Shown here in pieces: positions 34,619 to 40,000 of a stretch of 40,000 nucleotides of DNA (its first letter is position 1; each line of letters begins with the position of its first letter). A program made the translations under genes and the position numbers. The notes below the pieces were generated by a model. That model was not told where the DNA came from and searched no databases. It saw only the letters and a program-made list of their open reading frames with translations. The stretch spans positions 241,132 through 281,131 of the forward strand of contig JAFEBO010000006.1 in assembly GCA_018242625.1 (NCBI GenBank). Direction: 5' to 3'. The DNA comes from Planctomycetota bacterium (lineage in GTDB: Bacteria; Planctomycetota; Phycisphaerae; Phycisphaerales; UBA1924).

Positions 34619-35560
34619 ATGGCGGATGTTGTTGCTGGGTCGGACAAGGTGCGGAAGTTGGGGCGCGGGTTGTCGGCGCTTTTGCAGACGCCGGTGCGGG
34701 TGGACTTGCCGGGGAAGGTTGGGGGTGAGGTGAGTGTGGTGGCGGAGGTGGTGGGGGGAGGGGGGCTCGAGATGGTGGAGGTGGGGGCGATCAGCCCTAG
34801 CCGGTTTCAGGCGCGGCGGGTGTTTGATGAGGCGACGCTGAAGGGGTTGGCGGAGTCGATTCGGCGGGATGGGGTGATGCAGCCGGTTATTTTACGTCCT
34901 ATAACCGGTGGGTTTGAGTTGGTGGCGGGGGAGCGGCGGTGGCGGGCGGCGAAGATGGCGGGGCTGGCGCGGGTGCCGGCGATTGTGCGGGAGATGAGTG
35001 ATGAGCAGTCGGCGGAGTGGGGGCTGGTTGAGAACGTGCAGCGGGAGGACTTGAACCCGATGGATCGGGCGACGGGATTGAGGATGATGCAGGAACGGTT
35101 TGGGCTGACGCACGGGCAGATTGCGGAGCGTGTGGGGCTGGAGCGTGCGACGGTGACGAACCTGGTGCGGCTGACGGAATTGGAGGATGAGATTGCGGAG
35201 CTGCTGGCGGGCGGCGCGTTGACGAGTGCGCACGGGAAGTCGCTGCTGGCTGCCGCGCCGGGCGCGGGGCGTGTGGCGCTTGCGAAGCGTGCGCATGCGG
35301 AGTCGTGGAGCGTGCGCCGGCTTGATGCGGCGATCGCGGCGGGCGTGCGCGAGATTGAGGCGCGGGAGAAGAAGGAGACGATTCGCGGCGATGGTGGGGG
35401 GCGGAGCGCGATTGTGCTTGATCTTGAGCGCAGGCTCTCGCAGCAGCTTGGGACGAAGGTTGAGATCTCGATGAAGAATTCGAAGAAGGGGACGATCATC
35501 ATCGAGTTTTACGGGCTTGATCACTTTGATGGCCTGGCGGCGAAGATGGGTCTGAAGTAA
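34619..35560 (+). CDS. parB: ParB/Spo0J chromosome partitioning protein
   Basis: It lies inside ORF 34532..35560. The ATG at 34619 follows AAGGAGG. It has KLGRGLSALL, the ParB box GERRWRAAKMAGL, an HTH (GLTHGQIAERVGLERATVTNLVRL), and a C-terminal dimerisation segment (GTIIIEFYGLDHFDGL). No parA is adjacent. Confidence 0.92.
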   Translation: MADVVAGSDKVRKLGRGLSALLQTPVRVDLPGKVGGEVSVVAEVVGGGGLEMVEVGAISPSRFQARRVFDEATLKGLAESIRRDGVMQPVILRPITGGFELVAGERRWRAAKMAGLARVPAIVREMSDEQSAEWGLVENVQREDLNPMDRATGLRMMQERFGLTHGQIAERVGLERATVTNLVRLTELEDEIAELLAGGALTSAHGKSLLAAAPGAGRVALAKRAHAESWSVRRLDAAIAAGVREIEAREKKETIRGDGGGRSAIVLDLERRLSQQLGTKVEISMKNSKKGTIIIEFYGLDHFDGLAAKMGLK

Positions 35561-35633
35561 GTTTGCGGGCGCTGGTGTGCGGGTTGTGCGCGCGCTGTCT
35601 GCGCGGCGCGGGTGCGCTGCGGGTTACGGCGCA

Positions 35634-35665
35634 AGAAAAAGGGCCCGGCGCTGTGCGCGGGGCCC
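35634..35665 (-). terminator. rho-independent terminator (possibly bidirectional)
   Basis: Stem GGGCCCGGCGC / GCGCGGGGCCC (35641-35665, one mismatch, loop TGT). On the minus strand it is followed by TTTTTC (plus-strand A-run at 35636-35640). It lies between the convergent parB and PEP-CTERM genes. Confidence 0.65.
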
Positions 35666-35698
35666 TCGTGTGATTTTGGATGGAATATGCCGGGAGAA

Positions 35699-36379
35699 TC
35701 AGCGGCGGCGACGGGCGAGGAGCGCGGCGCCGGCGAGGCCGATCGTGAAGGTGTGGGGAGCGGGGACGGTGATATCGGCGACGAAGTTGGCGACGCCGTA
35801 GGCGCCGGAGCCGAAGGAGAAGAGGCTCCAGGAAGAGCCGTTGTAGAACGAGGCGTTGTTGGTGTAGTAGCCGGCGGTCTGTCCGAAGGCTGAGGAGCAC
35901 TGGAAGCCGAGGTTGCCGTCGCTATTGAAGTTGCTGACGCCGACGGACCAGCCGACGTTGTTGAATCCGCCGGTGGTGAAGACGCCGGGGAGCGCGATGG
36001 TGAGCGAGAAGAAGGCGGGGCCGCCGATGTCGGAGGTGTCGGGGAGCTGGACGTTGTGGATGGTGGTGGAGTAGAGAACGGCGCCGGTGCCGAAGACGAG
36101 GTGGCTGGGATCGCCGTCGTTGAAGGTGAAGTTGATGTCGGTGGTTCCGGCGTGGGAGGAGTTGGTCACCACGAGGCCGAGGGTGATGGCTTCGAGGCCG
36201 ACGGGCGCATCGGCGCCGGAGCCGAACCAGCCGCTGTCGCCGTAACGGATCGACGAGGAGGTGGAGGAGTTGAACGGCGTGAAGTAGCCGTTGTCCTGGA
36301 TGTTGTGGAAGACGCTGGGGCCGGCGAGTGCGGCGGATGCAATGGACAATGCGGAAACAACGGCGGTGCGATACGACAT
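35699..36379 (-). CDS. secreted protein with PEP-CTERM-like sorting tail
   Basis: 226 aa. The signal peptide is MSYRTAVVSALSIASAALAGPS. The C-terminus is VPAPHTFTIGLAGAALLARRRR: a VPxP motif, a TM helix and an Arg cluster. Confidence 0.75.
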   Translation of the reverse strand: MSYRTAVVSALSIASAALAGPSVFHNIQDNGYFTPFNSSTSSSIRYGDSGWFGSGADAPVGLEAITLGLVVTNSSHAGTTDINFTFNDGDPSHLVFGTGAVLYSTTIHNVQLPDTSDIGGPAFFSLTIALPGVFTTGGFNNVGWSVGVSNFNSDGNLGFQCSSAFGQTAGYYTNNASFYNGSSWSLFSFGSGAYGVANFVADITVPAPHTFTIGLAGAALLARRRR

Positions 36380-36620
36380 TTTGTCTCTCTCCTATTGATG
36401 CGGATGGCCCGCGCTTGCCGCGGGCTCTGGCTTGTAGATTAACGCGCTGATGAAAGGGGAGAAAGAGGTTTTTCACGTGAAGCACGCGAGAGGCGCGGCA
36501 ATGGCGGGGCTTTGAGGCGGCCAGTGGTCGGCGGGGGCGTTGATTGGGGGGACGATTGGCGAAAAGGGGCCGATAACAGGGTTGATGGGTGTGGTCCGCG
36601 GCGGTGAGCTTGGGGTGTGT

Positions 36621-36656
36621 GGGCGGATGAGCGGGCGGATGAGCGGGCGGAGTGGA
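36621..36656. repeat. 12-nt tandem repeat GGGCGGATGAGC, about 2.5 units
   Basis: GGGCGGATGAGC GGGCGGATGAGC GGGCGGAGTGGA read directly. It ends 20 nt upstream of the aminopeptidase ATG. Confidence 0.85.
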
Positions 36657-36675
36657 AACTTGGGAGACTGGTCGG

Positions 36676-37890
36676 ATGCGGGACGTGATGGTGGACAGGT
36701 TTGCGCGGGTGGTTGTGGAGCATTGCGCGCGGGTGCGGCCGGGGGACCTTGTGTCGATCCTGGTGGATCCGGATGCGCTTGGGATGTGCGGCTCGCCGTT
36801 TGGGATGGTGCGGGATTTTGGAAGTGGTGGCGGGGGGCGGGGTGGGGGTGGGGGTGGGGTGTGGCTTGAGGGGGTGTATGAGGCGGTGGTTCGTGCGGGC
36901 GGGCATGCTGCGGTGGATGCGCGGTGCGAGAGGCTGCTGGAGATTTTGCTGAGTGTGGGGAGTGATGAGCAGGTGCGGACGGTTTCGCCGCTCGAGGTGT
37001 TTCGGCTGCGCACGTGCGATGTGCTGATTGTGCTGCGGACGCAGAGGAACACGCGATCGCTGACGCGGCTATCGCGGCTTGGGATGTATCAGTCGGCGCG
37101 GCGAGAAGTGATGGGTGCGTCGCTGGCGCGGGGGGCGCGTGGGGAGATGCGGTACGTGCTGGCGGAGGTGCCGAGCGTTGGGGCGGCGCAGGAGGCGGAG
37201 ATGTCGCTTGCGGAGTATGAGGAGTGGTGCTGCCGCGCGGGGTTTTTGGAGGATGCGGACCCGGTGTCGTCGTGGGGGGAGCTTGCCCGGCGGCACGAGC
37301 GGATGATCGAATACTTGAGCGGTCGGCGGGAGCTTCGGTTTGTGGCGCCGGGGACGGACTTATATATAGATGTGGGAGGGAGGACGTGGGTGAGCGGGGC
37401 GGGGGGAGAGAACTTTCCGGATGGCGAGGTGTTCACGGGCCCGGCGGATGTGCGGGGGGTGGTGGAGTTTGGGTTTCCGCAGGGGTATCGCGGGGGTGTG
37501 GTGGGGGGGATTCGGCTGGAGTTTTCGGGTGGAAGGGTGTGTGATGCGCGGGCGGCGCACAACGAGGCGTACCTGATGCGGATGCTGGAGACGGATGAGG
37601 GGGCGCGGACGGTGGGAGAGCTTGGGATCGGGACGAATTACCGCATCGGGGAGTACATCAACAACGCGTTCTTTGATGAGAAGATCGGCGGGACCTTTCA
37701 TGTGGCGCTCGGGGCGGGGTATCCGCAGACGGGGAACACGAACCAGTCGGGGCTGCACTGGGATCTTGTGTGTGATTTGAGGCGGGGAGGGGAGATCTGG
37801 GCCGATGGAGAGCTGATTCAGAAGGATGGGCGGTTTTTGCGTGAGGGGTGGCCGGGAGGGGGAGGCGCAAAGGGTCAAGGGGCCAGATAG
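36676..37890 (+). CDS. M29 family aminopeptidase (AmpS/PepS-like)
   Basis: It lies inside ORF 36652..37890, with an ATG at 36676 (MRDVMVDRFARVVVEHCARVRPGDLV). The C-terminal catalytic region is typical: GELGIGTNY, FFDEKIGGTFHVALGAGYPQTGNTNQSGLHWDLV. It contains a Gly-run insertion, FGSGGGGRGGGGGGVW. Confidence 0.85.
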   Translation: MRDVMVDRFARVVVEHCARVRPGDLVSILVDPDALGMCGSPFGMVRDFGSGGGGRGGGGGGVWLEGVYEAVVRAGGHAAVDARCERLLEILLSVGSDEQVRTVSPLEVFRLRTCDVLIVLRTQRNTRSLTRLSRLGMYQSARREVMGASLARGARGEMRYVLAEVPSVGAAQEAEMSLAEYEEWCCRAGFLEDADPVSSWGELARRHERMIEYLSGRRELRFVAPGTDLYIDVGGRTWVSGAGGENFPDGEVFTGPADVRGVVEFGFPQGYRGGVVGGIRLEFSGGRVCDARAAHNEAYLMRMLETDEGARTVGELGIGTNYRIGEYINNAFFDEKIGGTFHVALGAGYPQTGNTNQSGLHWDLVCDLRRGGEIWADGELIQKDGRFLREGWPGGGGAKGQGAR

Positions 37891-38119
37891 CCAAAGGGCC
37901 AAAGAGGAGGTGGTGGGGGGCAAATTTGGAGGGGGTGGAAGCCGGGGGAGGGGGGCGACCGTATAGAGGGGGCTTTGGAGGGTAAACTTGCGGCCCGGGA
38001 CCGGGGGGGTTTGAGGAGTTTGTGGGAGTGATGGGAGCGGTGGTGGGGCTGGACGGGATTGGGTGGAGGTTGGGTGGGGGTTGTGTAGGCGATCCATTGG
38101 TTCTTTGTCGAGGTGAAGC

Positions 38120-39517
38120 ATGGCGAGTCGGACGAGCACGAGTGTTGGCGTTGGTGTGGCCCTGACTCTTTTGGGGCTGACGTCGCTTGGCTTGTTTGTG
38201 ACTTCGGCGGTGCTGTACGGCAAGTGGAACCAGACGCAGCGGGAGCTGAACGACGCGAAGGTGGGGATTCGCGATTTCATTTCTGACGGCGAGCGGCAGC
38301 AGGACGACATTCGGCAGATAGCGGAGGCGGCGCGGAAGGCGGGGCGGCAGTCGCTTGTCGGGTATCTGGTCAAGAGCAACAAGGACCTGGCGACGGCGAT
38401 CACGGGGAACGGGAACGACTCGATCGACCGGCTGCTGGAGCAGACGCGTGCGGAGAGCGCGAAGTCGAACAACCAGCCCCTGCTGCGGGTGGCGCAGGAT
38501 CGCTCGGCGCAGATCGAGGATCTGACGAAGCAGCTGGAGCAGGCGAACTCGGCGCGGCTGGCGGCGCAGGCGGATCTCAAGAGCGAGCAGGAGCGGGTGG
38601 CGGGGATTGTGCAGCGGCACAACGAATCGCTGGCGGCGCTCAACAGCGAGGTGGGCACGTACAAGGGTCAGCTTGCGGACTATCGCAGCGGCATCGACAC
38701 GGTGCAGAACCAGATGCAGAAGCAGTTTGAGGCGCAGCTGGCGGCGGGCAAGAGCCGGGAGACGGAGCTGAACGGCAAGATCAGCGACCTGCAGCAGCGG
38801 AGCCTGATCCTGGAGGATCAGCTGGCGCGGCTGCGCGGGGAGCGGTCGAAGACGACGGCGCGCGGGACGGCGGAAGAGGCGCTGGTGGACGGGACGATCA
38901 TCGGCGTGAACGCGACGCAGAAGCAGGTGTTCCTGAGCATCGGGCGTCGGCAGAAGGTGAACGTGGGGATGACGTTTGCGGTGTACAACGACGCGAACTC
39001 GATCAAGCAGGACTCGGAGGGGAACTACAAGCCGGGGAAGGCGACGGTCGAGGTTGTGAACGTGGGCGAGGATTCGAGCACGGCGCGGATCATCAGCGAG
39101 ACGCGGGGCAATCCGATCGTGAACGGGGATGTGATCGCGAACGCGGCGTTTGATCCGGACAAGATCTATAAGTTTGTGGTGTTTGGAAACTTTGACACCA
39201 AGGGGACGGGGATGCCGACGGCGGCGGGGCGGACGGATGTTGCGGCGATGGTGACGAGCTGGGGCGGCGAGGTTGTGGATGACCTGGACGGGGACGTTGA
39301 TTTCCTGGTGCTCGGCGCGAAGCCGGTGCTGCCGCCGCGGCCGGGCGTGGATCAGCCGATCGAGGTGGTGCAGGAGTATGTGCGGCTGGAGCGGTCGGTG
39401 AACAAGTACAACGAGATGCTGAAGCAGGCGACGTCGATGGGGCTGCCGGTGCTGAATGAGAACCGGTTTTACACGCTGGTGGGGCTGAAGCCTGTGAGCC
39501 GGAAGACGGCGCAGTAA
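38120..39517 (+). CDS. membrane-anchored coiled-coil protein with C-terminal BRCT-like domain
   Basis: 465 aa. It has an N-terminal TM segment (VGVALTLLGLTSLGLFVTSAVL) and a long heptad-like region (QIEDLTKQLEQANSARLAAQADLKSEQERV...). The C-terminal FVVFGNFD...TDVAAMVTSWGGEVVDDLDGDVDFLVLGAKP resembles BRCT. The domain call is by eye. Confidence 0.6.
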   Translation: MASRTSTSVGVGVALTLLGLTSLGLFVTSAVLYGKWNQTQRELNDAKVGIRDFISDGERQQDDIRQIAEAARKAGRQSLVGYLVKSNKDLATAITGNGNDSIDRLLEQTRAESAKSNNQPLLRVAQDRSAQIEDLTKQLEQANSARLAAQADLKSEQERVAGIVQRHNESLAALNSEVGTYKGQLADYRSGIDTVQNQMQKQFEAQLAAGKSRETELNGKISDLQQRSLILEDQLARLRGERSKTTARGTAEEALVDGTIIGVNATQKQVFLSIGRRQKVNVGMTFAVYNDANSIKQDSEGNYKPGKATVEVVNVGEDSSTARIISETRGNPIVNGDVIANAAFDPDKIYKFVVFGNFDTKGTGMPTAAGRTDVAAMVTSWGGEVVDDLDGDVDFLVLGAKPVLPPRPGVDQPIEVVQEYVRLERSVNKYNEMLKQATSMGLPVLNENRFYTLVGLKPVSRKTAQ

Positions 39518-39541
39518 GAAAACGAGAGTTGGGATATGAGA

Positions 39542-39568
39542 ACACCCGCGGAAAGCGGGTGTTTTTTT
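39542..39568 (+). terminator. rho-independent terminator
   Basis: Stem ACACCCGC (39542-39549), loop GGAAA, stem GCGGGTGT (39555-39562), then a run of T to 39568. It begins 25 nt after the stop at 39517. Confidence 0.85.
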
Positions 39569-39663
39569 CGGGGGGTGAGTGGGGATGTGATCGGGGCGCG
39601 GCTTTCGTTTCCGCAAATCAGGCGGCGTGTTCAAAGCGGGTGGTGATGCTCGCGATACGTCGT

Positions 39664-40000
39664 CTAGCCTTTTCCGAAGAGCCGCTTCCAGAAGCTGGGC
39701 TTTGAGGGACCCGGGGGCGGCGAAGGGGTGGGGTCCTGGGCTTTCGGATTAGCGGCGCCTGGGCCGAACGTCTTCATGATCATTTTGCAGAAGAATTCGA
39801 CGTTGTCGCCGTCGTCGCCGTCCAATCTGCCGGCGACTTTCCCGAAGGTGCTGATGGTTACGTCGCCGGGCAATCTCACGTAGGGCAGCTCGGGCGGGCC
39901 GGGGAATTTGTCCGGGAAATCGCGCCCCCAGATCCATTCGCCGCCCGCCTGGCGCACAATGACCTCGCCGAGATAGCAGGCAATTGCCCAGACGGTGTTG
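39664..40000 (-). CDS. hypothetical protein; the N-terminal part runs off the right edge
   Basis: ORF 39664..39957 begins at a GTG, but the same frame stays open upstream to base 40000 (...NTVWAIACYLGEVIV-RQAGGEW...). The gene therefore probably starts outside the window. I recognise no motif. Confidence 0.4.
   Translation of the reverse strand, partial: NTVWAIACYLGEVIVRQAGGEWIWGRDFPDKFPGPPELPYVRLPGDVTISTFGKVAGRLDGDDGDNVEFFCKMIMKTFGPGAANPKAQDPTPSPPPGPSKPSFWKRLFGKG

Overview
This is a high-GC bacterial chromosome segment. Hand counts of 60-nt samples give about two-thirds G+C. It is probably Planctomycetota (Phycisphaerae-like). That guess rests on a prepilin-type/DUF1559-like protein, a PEP-CTERM-like protein, dockerin-like repeats and zinc-ribbon proteins; it is an inference, not a database result.

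I support about 30 protein genes, and found no rRNA, tRNA, CRISPR array, transposase or integrase.
- **Housekeeping and accessory genes:** cysS, metG, and a cysteine synthase plus rhodanese operon. An RND efflux pair sits divergent from a TetR regulator. A tightly coupled queD-MoxR-P1B-4 ATPase-MBL hydrolase string follows. There is also an orphan ABC ATPase, a Nudix hydrolase, an orphan parB preceded by a parS-like palindrome, an M29 aminopeptidase, and several secreted or membrane hypotheticals.
- **Outstanding region (about 23.9-32.2 kb):** G+C drops to roughly 48-55% over 25.7-31.5 kb. This stretch carries an operon of three genes: (i) a fusion of a DUF6884-like domain with a tRNA-guanine-transglycosylase-fold (DpdA-like) domain, (ii) a UvrD-type SF1 helicase, and (iii) a Cas4/AddB-like PD-(D/E)xK nuclease with an Fe-S cysteine cluster.
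- **Flanking genes:** An SRA-like::HNH nuclease lies upstream, and a second, diverged queD copy lies downstream. A frameshifted PD-(D/E)xK-like gene and a possible DarT-like protein sit at the edges.
- **Interpretation:** I read this as a candidate compact 7-deazaguanine DNA modification/defence island whose architecture differs from the canonical dpdA-K cluster. This is unverified.
- **Other patterns:** Intergenic regions carry strand-asymmetric G- or C-tract low-complexity sequence, short tandem repeats and a recurring CTTTGSCCCTTTCCCC-type motif.
- **Shadow ORFs:** Many long ORFs in the supplied track are Arg/Pro-rich antisense shadows of real genes, and I rejected them.
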